From the NCBI GenBank assembly GCA_017993235.1, contig JAGONC010000004.1, positions 24,873 through 88,872 on the forward strand: 64,000 nucleotides of DNA, written 5' to 3'. The notes beneath the pieces are model-generated. The model did not search any database. It saw only the letters and a program-made list of their open reading frames with translations, and had not been told where the DNA came from. The position numbers and the translations under genes were made by a program. Each line of letters begins with the position of its first letter. Position 1 is the first letter of the stretch. Shown one piece after another: positions 1 through 9,219 of the stretch. This DNA comes from Lentimicrobiaceae bacterium (lineage in GTDB: Bacteria > Bacteroidota > Bacteroidia > Bacteroidales > JAGONC01).

Positions 1-312
1 TGCGTATAGCGGGCCATGTTTTTTAGTGTCGAACATGATCACATCATAGGGATAATCAAGGTGGTTAAAAATAATGTGCGCTGAGGCAAGGGTGGCATGG
101 CCGCACAGATCCACCTCTGCCTCAGGGGTGAACCATGTGATCTCAAACCATTCGCCCCGGTCAACAAAGAATGCGGTCTCCGAGAGGTTATTCTCCGCAG
201 CAATGCGTTGCATAAGGTCATCTTCAATCCATTCGACAAGGGGGCAAACACCGGCGGGATTGCCACCAAATAATTTTCCCGTAAATGCATCTACCTGATA
301 AAAAGGAATCAT
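1..312 (-). CDS. PhzF-family isomerase-like protein (first 104 codons; 3' end runs off the window start)
   Basis: My translation of the minus strand from the ATG at 310-312 gives MIPFYQVDAFTGKLFGGNPAGVCPLVEWIEDDLMQRIAAENNLSETAFF..., a canonical PhzF/YddE N-terminus. The frame stays open to base 1, so it is missing from the ORF track. The listed ORFs 39..290 and 74..298 are in other frames. Confidence 0.8.
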   Translation of the reverse strand, partial: MIPFYQVDAFTGKLFGGNPAGVCPLVEWIEDDLMQRIAAENNLSETAFFVDRGEWFEITWFTPEAEVDLCGHATLASAHIIFNHLDYPYDVIMFDTKKHGPLYA

Positions 313-326
313 AATGATCGACTTTA

Positions 327-358
327 AAATTGCTAAATTGCTAAATTGTCAAACTGTT
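327..358. repeat. Four tandem AT-rich octamers (AAATTGCT AAATTGCT AAATTGTC AAACTGTT)
   Basis: Read directly in the 63-nt gap between the methyltransferase stop (376) and the PhzF start (312). More AATTG motifs follow at 369-385. Confidence 0.6.
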
Positions 359-375
359 ATTCGTCATTTAATTGT

Positions 376-1386
376 TCAATTGTTTTCCCGCCAACTGCCT
401 ACTGCTTTCCTCCCTATTAGCTGAACAGTCCGGCTAGCGACTTCCATTCGTTGAATATTACACAATCCTGCTTCCTCCAGCCAGCCTTTCACTTCGGATT
501 CGGTATAGGTAGAACCGCCTTCTGTATTGACCAGCATATTGATGGCAAACAATGCTCCTTCAACAGGATGAATCCTGTCGTCCTCCATAATGAAATCCTG
601 AATGACGATCATACCCTTGCTGCACAACGCACCTGCACATTTTTGGATCAGAAACCTGTTTTCATCCGGTGAATAGGAATGGATAATGGCCGAGAGAAAT
701 ATCAGATCATAATCCTTCCCCAGATCATCCTGCATAAAGTTCCCTGTTATGGTTCCGACCTTACCGGTAAGGCCGGCATCGGCGATATAATTTTCCGTGA
801 GCCTGATAACTTCCGGAAGATCGTAAACATAAGCGGTGATTTCCGGATTTTGTCTGACGATCTCCATTGCGTAGGTTCCGGGGCCGCCTCCCAGATCAAG
901 AATTTTTTGCATGCCAGCCAGCCTGAGGTTAGCTACGACCAGCGGAGCATTGACCCGGGCCCTGTCGTGCATTGCCGAGATAAAGGGACCCAGCCATTGC
1001 TGATCAGCTTTCTCCCCATTCATCCAGATTACCATTCTTCCTTTCCTGACTGCTTCGGTAAGGGAAGACCAGGACCGCCAGAGCGATGTGTGATGGTGCA
1101 ATCCGGGCAAATAATCCGGTGAGCGACGGTCAAGATAGCGCTGCGAAACTTCCGTATTATGGAATAGATTTCCTTTTTTATCGAGAAAATTCAATGCGCA
1201 CAGTGCATGCAGCAACATTTCCGTCGATCGTGATGCAGTTCCGCAAAGCCCTGCTATTTGCGCTGTTGTCTTCCCTTCTGATCCAATGGCTGTAAAAATA
1301 TCAAGCTCCAGTGAGGATAGCAAAATACGGCTTATACGGTAGCCGCTGATCCTATCACGGATGTCCTCAGGTGTCAGTATTCCCAC
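376..1386 (-). CDS. SAM-dependent O-methyltransferase (family 2 type, with N-terminal dimerisation domain)
   Basis: 336 aa. Glycine-rich SAM motif LDLGGGPGTYAMEIV, followed by YDLPEV. The N-terminal LELDIFTAI helix is typical of the dimerisation domain. Confidence 0.8.
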   Translation of the reverse strand: MGILTPEDIRDRISGYRISRILLSSLELDIFTAIGSEGKTTAQIAGLCGTASRSTEMLLHALCALNFLDKKGNLFHNTEVSQRYLDRRSPDYLPGLHHHTSLWRSWSSLTEAVRKGRMVIWMNGEKADQQWLGPFISAMHDRARVNAPLVVANLRLAGMQKILDLGGGPGTYAMEIVRQNPEITAYVYDLPEVIRLTENYIADAGLTGKVGTITGNFMQDDLGKDYDLIFLSAIIHSYSPDENRFLIQKCAGALCSKGMIVIQDFIMEDDRIHPVEGALFAINMLVNTEGGSTYTESEVKGWLEEAGLCNIQRMEVASRTVQLIGRKAVGSWRENN

Positions 1387-1549
1387 TGTGAAGGTTTAAG
1401 GGTTAAAGATAATCACTGACCTTTTAGTTTTGTCAATTCCATAGAAATAAAATGAGCTGTGAAAATTATAAAAAAGTATAGTGGAAATAGATTTTGAATC
1501 ATTATTTTTGATAATTATTTTCCAAAAAATCCAACTTTAAGCAATTCAC

Positions 1550-2095
1550 ATGGTATTTATGGTTGAAACGGATGATTATTCAATCATAAAAAGGATCCGT
1601 CTGGGTGACGTTGAATTGTTTTCCGTTCTGGTCGACAGGTATCAGGAGACCATTTACCGCCTGACCTATCACATGACCGGAAATCAGGATGAGGCAAAGG
1701 ATCTGGCACAGGAAATCTTTGTCAAAGCCTATACGAATCTGGATAAGGTTGATTTTCAGCATAAGTTCTTTAGTTGGTTATATCGGATAGCTGTCAACGA
1801 GTCATTGACTCACCTTGCACGAAAAAGACCTGTTGTCTTTATGGAAGATATGAAAGAGGCTGATGTGGAAAATACCAGCGACAGGGCCAGGGAAGCAGAG
1901 GAGAAGAAATGGGTCAGGAGGGCAGTCTTGCAGCTCCAGCCAAAATATCGCATTCTGGTCGTAATGAAATATTATTCAGGTATGTCCTATGGTCAAATAA
2001 GCACAATTGCCGGAATAACCGAGAAAAAGGTAAAATCAAGGTTATTTGAGGCACGACAGATCCTGAGAAATCTTCTGACAGAACAAATGGATTGA
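1550..2095 (+). CDS. ECF-type RNA polymerase sigma-70 factor
   Basis: 181 aa. Region 2 (DEAKDLAQEIFVKAY, FFSWLYRIAVNES) and region 4 HTH (MSYGQISTIAGITEKKVKSRLFEARQIL). The true start may be M4. Confidence 0.9.
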   Translation: MVFMVETDDYSIIKRIRLGDVELFSVLVDRYQETIYRLTYHMTGNQDEAKDLAQEIFVKAYTNLDKVDFQHKFFSWLYRIAVNESLTHLARKRPVVFMEDMKEADVENTSDRAREAEEKKWVRRAVLQLQPKYRILVVMKYYSGMSYGQISTIAGITEKKVKSRLFEARQILRNLLTEQMD

Positions 2096-2895
2096 GTTTT
2101 ATGATCAACCGGAAATATAAACGATTAATCCGCAAGCATTTTGAGGGAGATCTTTCACCGAAAGAAAGAGATCGCCTTGAAAAAGGAATGCAAGAAGTGG
2201 AAGGCGTAAAGGCTTATTTCGAATCAATGTCACGGGTGGATGAACTCCTGACAGACTCCGCCGTTGAAATATCCGGTACTGACCTAAAGGATTCGGTTAT
2301 GCAATCCATCAGGCAACTCCAGACAGACGAGCAAACAAGAGCAGGAATGAGGAAATCCCCGCCGGACATGAATCCATGGGTAAGAACGATGAGTCAGGCA
2401 TTCGTGAATCCTCACTGGAATCTTGCCTATGCTTTTATTGCCGGTATTCTTATCACTTCGCTGCTTTTCAGTCTGGTCTTCGACAGGAGTTCTTCCGGTT
2501 CATTTTCAGAGCAGGATCTTACTGGCGCCATGAGCAACAACCACTCAGCAGCGACCCTGACCCTACCGGTTGAACTGCCCGATGTTAAAATTGACCTGCA
2601 GGCCTATTCCATGCCACAGGATTTCATACAGGTGACCCTGGATATAGATTCTGAAAAGCCATGCCTGATCAATTTATTCTATAATAATTCAGCGTTTCAG
2701 GTATGGAGCCTGCGTGCCATGCAGAATAATCCCCACTGTGAGATCCTGTCGGCATACAAGGAGATCAGGATAGGGAATTCGGGCAGAAATTCCTATACCC
2801 TGCTGCTGAAAAAGCTGACCTATGTCGGAGAGGAGATAATCCTGGACCTCTATATCGAAGGGAATCTTGAATACAGTACTCATTTTGAAATTTAA
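2092..2895 (+). CDS. Putative anti-sigma factor (single-pass membrane protein)
   Basis: ATGA overlap with the sigma gene. Short cytoplasmic N-terminus, one TM helix (LAYAFIAGILITSLLFSLVF), and an extracytoplasmic domain of about 130 aa. The call rests on position and topology only. Confidence 0.6.
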   Translation: MSFMINRKYKRLIRKHFEGDLSPKERDRLEKGMQEVEGVKAYFESMSRVDELLTDSAVEISGTDLKDSVMQSIRQLQTDEQTRAGMRKSPPDMNPWVRTMSQAFVNPHWNLAYAFIAGILITSLLFSLVFDRSSSGSFSEQDLTGAMSNNHSAATLTLPVELPDVKIDLQAYSMPQDFIQVTLDIDSEKPCLINLFYNNSAFQVWSLRAMQNNPHCEILSAYKEIRIGNSGRNSYTLLLKKLTYVGEEIILDLYIEGNLEYSTHFEI

Positions 2896-2927
2896 ACAAT
2901 GATATAACAATTCTAAAAATCATAACC

Positions 2928-4040
2928 ATGAAAAGAAATATTCTGATTTTATCGGGATTCTGTGCCATGATCGTAAGTATTTTATTCGTTTCCTGCCAGG
3001 GAAAGGTTGGCAAAGATGATGCGGCCGGAACCATTGGAAAGGTTGAAAAATACAGGAAAGATCAGATGACAGAGAAAGACGTGCTTCTCAGAAGTGACAT
3101 CGTCAAGGATACAGCAAAATTATCGGAGATCATCCAGGGCCTGGTCATATTCAATGCCTATGCCAACACACTGGAAACCAGCATTGAGAACCGGCTGCTG
3201 GATATGGAATCCATTAAAGCCTTTGATGAAGAATACGATGCTTACATTGCGCAAATGACCGATTTCAGGGATTTCCTCAAGAACAATAATGAGGTTCTGA
3301 CCACAACGGTTTATATGCTTGCCGACTTTTACAAGGATACCATCAGTGAGAGTTCAGCAGATGTGGAGAACAACCTGCGGCAGTTCGCCAGCTACGTCAC
3401 GAAAATGCAGGAAAAAGACTCCATTCTGACAGCGATGGTGAACAATCTGGATATATGCGTGGAGCAGGGATGTGGGGGAAAAATTGTCAATGAACAGGAG
3501 ATCGAAAAGCTGAAGGGCATTCGCGACGAACTGTTGCTCCGTGCGGTACAGCAAGCCTATGTATTCAATGATCCCATCGCCCTTAAAGCAGTGGGGGACA
3601 AACCCTTTTTCAGCGCGGATAACCTGCAATCGATCCTGAATAGCAATAGCCTGAATCAGTGGTGTGGATTTGACGTTATGGGAGCTGTTGTGAACAATAC
3701 TCCCATCATTGGTCTGGCTGTCGGTTCTGAGGGCGCGCTTCAGGGAGCCCTGTCATCGGGGCAGGACCTCTCGGCAGCGAGCGGACTCGGACAGTTTATT
3801 CCGCTGGGATTTATACTTTCTGATCAGGGATTTATCGGTAATGTACAATTACTGAGTGACAATGCATCCATCGGCGGCTATATTGAGAACATTCTGCGCT
3901 CAGTAGCTTTCGCAGCAGGAGCCGTTGAAGGTCAGGGTCAACTACAGAACCAATATTTAGGTGCGGAAAGCATCGGAAGTGCCTTATCAGCAGCCCAGGA
4001 TTTCGTAAACAGCAATGCCAGCCTTGGAGTGACAATATGA
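2928..4040 (+). CDS. Hypothetical lipoprotein
   Basis: Signal peptide with a lipobox-like ILFVSC-QG. Helical middle part and a G/S/A/Q-rich C-terminal third. The stop overlaps the next start (ATGA at 4037-4040). Confidence 0.55.
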   Translation: MKRNILILSGFCAMIVSILFVSCQGKVGKDDAAGTIGKVEKYRKDQMTEKDVLLRSDIVKDTAKLSEIIQGLVIFNAYANTLETSIENRLLDMESIKAFDEEYDAYIAQMTDFRDFLKNNNEVLTTTVYMLADFYKDTISESSADVENNLRQFASYVTKMQEKDSILTAMVNNLDICVEQGCGGKIVNEQEIEKLKGIRDELLLRAVQQAYVFNDPIALKAVGDKPFFSADNLQSILNSNSLNQWCGFDVMGAVVNNTPIIGLAVGSEGALQGALSSGQDLSAASGLGQFIPLGFILSDQGFIGNVQLLSDNASIGGYIENILRSVAFAAGAVEGQGQLQNQYLGAESIGSALSAAQDFVNSNASLGVTI

Positions 4041-7000
4041 AGCAGATGTGCATGGAGATAATTACCTGTAAACATGCGCGTCCAAGGGTGAAATGTTACT
4101 TAGCGATTCTTGTTTATTTCCTTTTTCTGGCATTTTTCTCCCGGGCACAGGTTCAGCTTTATCAATATAATACAGGGGACCTCCGAACGATCTACATCAC
4201 AAAGGGATATTCCTATATGGTGCCTCACATGGCCCGATGCTACGAGAATGCCATGGATTTTCATCGTAATTTCTGGAATTATAAGCCTTCGGAGGAGGTT
4301 TCCGTATTACTGAATGACTTTTCTGATGTGGGCAACGGCGGTACGCTGGTGATTCCGTGGAATATGCTTTCAGTAGGTGTTGCTCCTTTCAATTTCACCT
4401 ATAATATCATCCCTTCCAATGAGCGTTTCCAGTGGCTGATGAACCATGAACTGACCCATGTGGTCATGTGCGACCAGGCTGCACGAAATGATGTCGTATA
4501 CCGAAAAATTTTCGGTGGAAAAGTATCGCTGGATAATTCCAATCCGCTGACCATGGCCTACAGCTTTATGACCACCCCGCGATGGTATTCACCCCGCTGG
4601 TACCACGAAGGAATCGCTGTTTTTATGGAGACATGGATGTCAGGCGGTCTGGGAAGGGTTCTCGGAGGCTATGATGAGATGGTTTTCAGGGCCATGGTGC
4701 ACGATTCCAGCTATTTTTACGGTGTGGTAGGGCTCGAAACCGAAGGAACAGCCATCGATTTCCAGGTTGGCGTCAATTCCTATCTCTATGGAACACGATT
4801 TGTCAGCTACCTGGCCAGCCAGTACGGTGTTGGTAAACTGCGTGACTTCTATTGCAGGAGCGATTCCAGTAAGCGGTTCTATGCCAACCAGTTTAAGGAA
4901 ATTTATGGCATGGATATTAAAAGCGAATGGGATCAATGGATCCGCTGGGAGCAACAGTTTCAATCGGAAAACCTGCAACGGATCAGGGAATACCCGGTCA
5001 CGCCCCGCAGGTACATTACACGACAGCCTCTGGGTAACGTATCGAATTCCTTTATTGATTTGAAGGATCGTACCATCTATGCTGCAGTGAATTATCCCGG
5101 TAAACTGGCTCATATCGCTGCCATCGATATGAACGACGGATCCATGGAAAAGATAAAAGGATTGTACAGCCCGGTGCTGTATTATGTCACTGCTCTTGCC
5201 TGTGAAGATTCCAGCTCAACCCTGTTTGCGGCTACGCATACCAGCGACTGGAGAGGCCTGGAGTCAATCAATATGAAAACCGGTGAAAGGAAGAGGCTGA
5301 TCAGGGTGACGCGTGCCGGTGACCTGGTCATCAATCCGGTGGATAAATCCCTCTGGGCGTTACAGCACATGAATGGCCGGGTGACGATCCTCCGTATTCC
5401 CCCTCCCTACGAAAATTGGGAAGAGGTACACACCATTGCTTTTGGGAAGAGTTTTTTTGATCTGGACATTTCTCATGACGGGCAATTTCTATCGGGAATC
5501 CTTTCCGATGTTGCCGGACACCAGAAGCTGGTCATTTACCGAATCCGCGATCTTTTACTTGGGAGTGAGGAATATGAAGAGATTTATGAGTTTGAAGAGA
5601 ATTCTATGTCCAATTTTGTTTTTTCATGGGATGATCGCTATTTATTCGGTACTTCCTGGTATACAGGCGTTTCCAATGTTTTCCGTATCGGTATCGAAAC
5701 GCATCAGGCAGAACTCCTGACCAACGCGGAAACGGGATTCTTCCGACCGAAACAGGTCAGCGAAGATTCATTGCTGGTTTACGAATACCATCAGAATGGC
5801 CTTCAGCCCTGCATCATCCCCATCCGACCCATTGAAGATGCCAACGCAGTTGAATTACTGGGGCAGAAGGTTTACGATACCAATCCCGTGGTGGAGGACT
5901 GGATGCTGCCTCCTCCATCGTCTATCAACATTGATTCATTAAAAACATCGGAAGGACGGTACAAACCTCTCCGGGAGCTGAGATTTGCGTCAGCTTACCC
6001 GATCGTTGAAGGATATAAGGATTTTATCGGCTTCGGCTACCGTTTCAATTTTATAGACCCGTCGGCCCTGCATGCCTTAAAATTATCCGTTTCCTATTCG
6101 CCGGAGCTGACATTCGCAGCATGGAATGCAGAAGAGATTGATTCGATTCTTCCATCAAAGCAGAGGGTGCATGCCAGCTTGGAATATCGCCTGTGGGGGT
6201 GGCGGTTCAATGCCAGCTACAACAAAGCGGATTTTTACGATCTGTTTGGCCCCACAAAGGTCAGCAGGGCAGGATATGCGTTCACTTTACGCTACCAGAG
6301 GGTACTCAGGCATTACCGCCCCACCACAATGGATTTTTTCATTCAGGCAGGAGCCTATGGCGATCTGGAGAAGCTTCCATCCTACCAGAATGTTGATGCG
6401 CCTTACAAGAACATGTACACGGCCACAGCCAGTTTTCATTACAGCCATCTCCGCAAATCCATTGGAGCTATGGAGCCGGAACAGGGATTCGAGTGGACCT
6501 TTTACACCTATAATTACCTTGCAAACAACACGGTTTATCCTCATATTGTTTCCAATCAGGATGTGGGGTGTTTATTGCCGCTCAGGAATACGACATTCTG
6601 GCTGCGCACCTCGCTGGGACAGTCGTTTGGAAAACGTAAAGATGCGCTGTCCAACTTTTATTTCGGTGGATTCCGCAATAACTGGGTCGACTATCAACCC
6701 ATGTCCAGGTACCGCGAGGATCTGAGTTTCCCCGGTGTGGAGATCGATGCCATTTCCGCTATGAACTATGGTAAGTTGCTGGCGGAGATCAATTTTAAGC
6801 CCCTGCGATTTAAAAGGTTAGGATTTCTTGGATTTTATGCAACGTATGCACGGCTGTCGCTTTTCGGTACGGGACTATTCACAGATCCTTCAGAACCGGA
6901 TTACAGGCAATACTATTACAACACCGGGGCTCAGGTGGATGTTGAAATTGCTTTGTTCACCCTGCTGAAATCCTATCTTTCGTTTGGTTATGCAAGGGGT

Positions 7001-7057
7001 TACAGTCCGGATATGATGCCTGCCGATCAATGGATGGTGTCACTTAAACTGATGTAA
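4037..7057 (+). CDS. Large exported protein: gluzincin-like HExxH domain, beta-propeller-like middle, beta-strand-rich C-terminal third
   Basis: 1006 aa. Signal-like LAILVYFLFLAFFSRAQ. HELTH followed about 55 aa later by WYHEGIAVFMET (peptidase-MA pattern). The C-terminus has alternating aromatic/polar strands (ASLEYRLWGWRFNASY, YAFTLRYQRV, VDVEIALFTLLKSYLSFGYARGY). Confidence 0.6.
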   Translation: MKQMCMEIITCKHARPRVKCYLAILVYFLFLAFFSRAQVQLYQYNTGDLRTIYITKGYSYMVPHMARCYENAMDFHRNFWNYKPSEEVSVLLNDFSDVGNGGTLVIPWNMLSVGVAPFNFTYNIIPSNERFQWLMNHELTHVVMCDQAARNDVVYRKIFGGKVSLDNSNPLTMAYSFMTTPRWYSPRWYHEGIAVFMETWMSGGLGRVLGGYDEMVFRAMVHDSSYFYGVVGLETEGTAIDFQVGVNSYLYGTRFVSYLASQYGVGKLRDFYCRSDSSKRFYANQFKEIYGMDIKSEWDQWIRWEQQFQSENLQRIREYPVTPRRYITRQPLGNVSNSFIDLKDRTIYAAVNYPGKLAHIAAIDMNDGSMEKIKGLYSPVLYYVTALACEDSSSTLFAATHTSDWRGLESINMKTGERKRLIRVTRAGDLVINPVDKSLWALQHMNGRVTILRIPPPYENWEEVHTIAFGKSFFDLDISHDGQFLSGILSDVAGHQKLVIYRIRDLLLGSEEYEEIYEFEENSMSNFVFSWDDRYLFGTSWYTGVSNVFRIGIETHQAELLTNAETGFFRPKQVSEDSLLVYEYHQNGLQPCIIPIRPIEDANAVELLGQKVYDTNPVVEDWMLPPPSSINIDSLKTSEGRYKPLRELRFASAYPIVEGYKDFIGFGYRFNFIDPSALHALKLSVSYSPELTFAAWNAEEIDSILPSKQRVHASLEYRLWGWRFNASYNKADFYDLFGPTKVSRAGYAFTLRYQRVLRHYRPTTMDFFIQAGAYGDLEKLPSYQNVDAPYKNMYTATASFHYSHLRKSIGAMEPEQGFEWTFYTYNYLANNTVYPHIVSNQDVGCLLPLRNTTFWLRTSLGQSFGKRKDALSNFYFGGFRNNWVDYQPMSRYREDLSFPGVEIDAISAMNYGKLLAEINFKPLRFKRLGFLGFYATYARLSLFGTGLFTDPSEPDYRQYYYNTGAQVDVEIALFTLLKSYLSFGYARGYSPDMMPADQWMVSLKLM

Positions 7058-7116
7058 AGATCCAATGCTATTCATTCAGGTAAGAAGGTCATATTGAAAT
7101 TTACAAAGCATCATCA

Positions 7117-8106
7117 ATGAAAATCGTGATTGCACTCTTACCTGTTGTGGTTTTTCTCCTCTTTTTAATTTGGATGGATAGTTTCAAGCTGGTTAAGATA
7201 CCGGATCTGGTTGTATGTGTCCTGTGGGGGATGCTCTGTGCCGCAGGAGCCTATTTCATCAATACAGAGATCATGAATGGAATGGACATCGGTAAGCCGA
7301 TCCTGTCGCGGTACCTTGCACCCATAGTGGAGGAAACGCTCAAGATATTCGTCATCATTTTGCTGATATGGAAGAATCGGATTGGGTTCATGATCGATGG
7401 CGCCATTTATGGTTTTGGCGTCGGGGCCGGTTTTGCACTGGTTGAAAATACCTGGTACCTTATGGAGCTCAGTTCGCCCAACCTACTGCTCTGGACCGTC
7501 AGGGGATTTGGAACAGCGATCATGCATGGGGGAACCATCAGCATCTTTTCCATTCTCGTGATGCGGTCTCTCGACAGGGGCAACCGCTCCACTTTCTCTT
7601 TCATTTACAGCTGGTTAGCCGCTGTACTGATGCACTCATTTTTTAATCATTTTGTTATGCCCCCTGTCACCAACATGCTGTTCACCCTGGTCATTATGGC
7701 ATTAGCAGAATATCTTATTTTCAAATCCAGTGAAAAAGATTTAAAGAAATGGCTTGAACTGGAGTTCGACACCGAAGTGAAGCTTTTACTTATGATCCGG
7801 AAGGGTCAGTTTTCCAAAACGCACACCGGCGAGTACATCACGTTTATCAAAGACCGTTTTGCCCCGCTGGCTGTAGTGGATATGCTTGCGTATATAGCTC
7901 TCTACCTTGAACTTTCGGTCAAGGCCAAGAGCAGGCTTATGCTTCACGAGGCAGGCATACCTGCACCGAAGGAAGATTCCGTTGATGAGAAACTGGCGGA
8001 ATTAAATGCACTGGAGAGAAATATCGGTGTGACAGGATTGCTGGCGATTGCACCGGTGCTGCGTGTTTCCCGCCGCGACCTGTGGAAATGGTCGTCGTTG
8101 AAATAA
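7117..8106 (+). CDS. PrsW-family intramembrane protease
   Basis: 329 aa, polytopic. EExxK (VEETLK), GFALVEN, GTAIMHGGT and HxxxN (HSFFNH) occur in the order expected for PrsW-type proteases. There is a soluble C-terminal extension of about 120 aa. Confidence 0.75.
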   Translation: MKIVIALLPVVVFLLFLIWMDSFKLVKIPDLVVCVLWGMLCAAGAYFINTEIMNGMDIGKPILSRYLAPIVEETLKIFVIILLIWKNRIGFMIDGAIYGFGVGAGFALVENTWYLMELSSPNLLLWTVRGFGTAIMHGGTISIFSILVMRSLDRGNRSTFSFIYSWLAAVLMHSFFNHFVMPPVTNMLFTLVIMALAEYLIFKSSEKDLKKWLELEFDTEVKLLLMIRKGQFSKTHTGEYITFIKDRFAPLAVVDMLAYIALYLELSVKAKSRLMLHEAGIPAPKEDSVDEKLAELNALERNIGVTGLLAIAPVLRVSRRDLWKWSSLK

Positions 8107-8123
8107 TGCTGTCCCTTTTCAGG

Positions 8124-8480
8124 TTATTTTTTCATCGTTGCAGCATACGACAGAGCAGCTCCCAGCAAGGCTGAGTCCTTGAGGAGGCTGGTCATGGCCA
8201 TTTGGTTTCCTGCCTGTACACCGGGCAGATGAATGGCCAGGATAAAGATGAGTAACAGCACTGCCAGCAGAATTCCTGCGATGCGGCCAAAGAATTTGAA
8301 CAGGATGGCAATGCCACCCAGTGCCAGCGCTGCTCCCGATATATAGATTAGTATCTCGCCATACGGCCACCCGACGAGCATTGTGGATGCCATTGAGGAG
8401 GCATGCATGAAATGAAAAATACCAAAAACAATAAAAGGTATGGAATAGATAATTCTCCCGATGGTAGCCAATATTTTCAT
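8124..8480 (-). CDS. DoxX-family membrane protein
   Basis: 118 aa with 4 TM helices. The N-terminus RIIYSIPFIVFGIFHF resembles DoxX. Confidence 0.7.
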   Translation of the reverse strand: MKILATIGRIIYSIPFIVFGIFHFMHASSMASTMLVGWPYGEILIYISGAALALGGIAILFKFFGRIAGILLAVLLLIFILAIHLPGVQAGNQMAMTSLLKDSALLGAALSYAATMKK

Positions 8481-8535
8481 AGTTCAGTGCATTGGTTTAT
8501 GAATGATACGAATATAAAACTATTTAGTTAGCTGT

Positions 8536-9129
8536 TTACTTCTCGTGTAATTTTTTTAATGTCATCAGGGATTGGTAGGGGCCCTCTGAGAGGAACATGT
8601 TGATAACCCATGCAGGCAAGGTCCCCCCAGGCTCAAAGTACCCTTCCATGATCATTTTTACCTGCTTTTCACCAAGCTTTACCAATGTGGTGATTTCCTC
8701 ATAGGCCGCAATAGGGACAATCCCCTTGGGAGATGGTTTTCCCTTCACCAGGCTGGTGACAAATCGGATCGTGTCTTGTCCCATGGATACCTTCATTACT
8801 GTGGTCATGTCCCGGTTATCAAAGGGAAATGGCAGGCTCATGACAGAATAGTAAGTGTACTCACCGTTACCTGTTTCCGATAAAAGCCGGCTTTCAGAAT
8901 TACTATATACCCACTGGTCATAGTTGTCCAGATCGATAAGGATCCTGTACATTTCATTCATCCCGATATTGGTAATGGCTTCCCCCCGGTAGGTTTTAAA
9001 TTTTGAGTTTTCAGTCGAACGTGTATAGATCTTTATACCGTCCTTGTCTTTAACAAGCTCCCACCCGTCGGCCCGTGCCATAAGTCCGACCAGGATCAGC
9101 GGTAATACCAAAATATGGAATCTTCTCAT
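8536..9129 (-). CDS. START/SRPBCC lipid-binding domain protein (secreted)
   Basis: Signal peptide. DGWELVKDKDGIKIYTR near the N-terminus and LPAWVINMFLSEGPYQSLMTLKKL near the C-terminus are the typical START ends. Confidence 0.7.
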   Translation of the reverse strand: MRRFHILVLPLILVGLMARADGWELVKDKDGIKIYTRSTENSKFKTYRGEAITNIGMNEMYRILIDLDNYDQWVYSNSESRLLSETGNGEYTYYSVMSLPFPFDNRDMTTVMKVSMGQDTIRFVTSLVKGKPSPKGIVPIAAYEEITTLVKLGEKQVKMIMEGYFEPGGTLPAWVINMFLSEGPYQSLMTLKKLHEK

Positions 9130-9219
9130 GGATAATCCCGATAATGATAATGATACGAACGCAGTAAGATCAAAGCAAAAATATTAAAAATATTTAAATA
9201 CACTCCATGTAAGTCAAAT

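Noticed and set aside
39-298. ORFs 39..290 (-) and 74..298 (+) from the track
   Set aside because: A different minus-strand frame, open from 312 to the window edge, encodes an unmistakable PhzF N-terminus, so these two are shadow ORFs.
8119-8370. 83-aa ORF overlapping the DoxX gene in another frame
   Set aside because: The DoxX frame gives a coherent 4-TM protein. The alternative frame is Gly/Ser/His/Cys-rich with no features.
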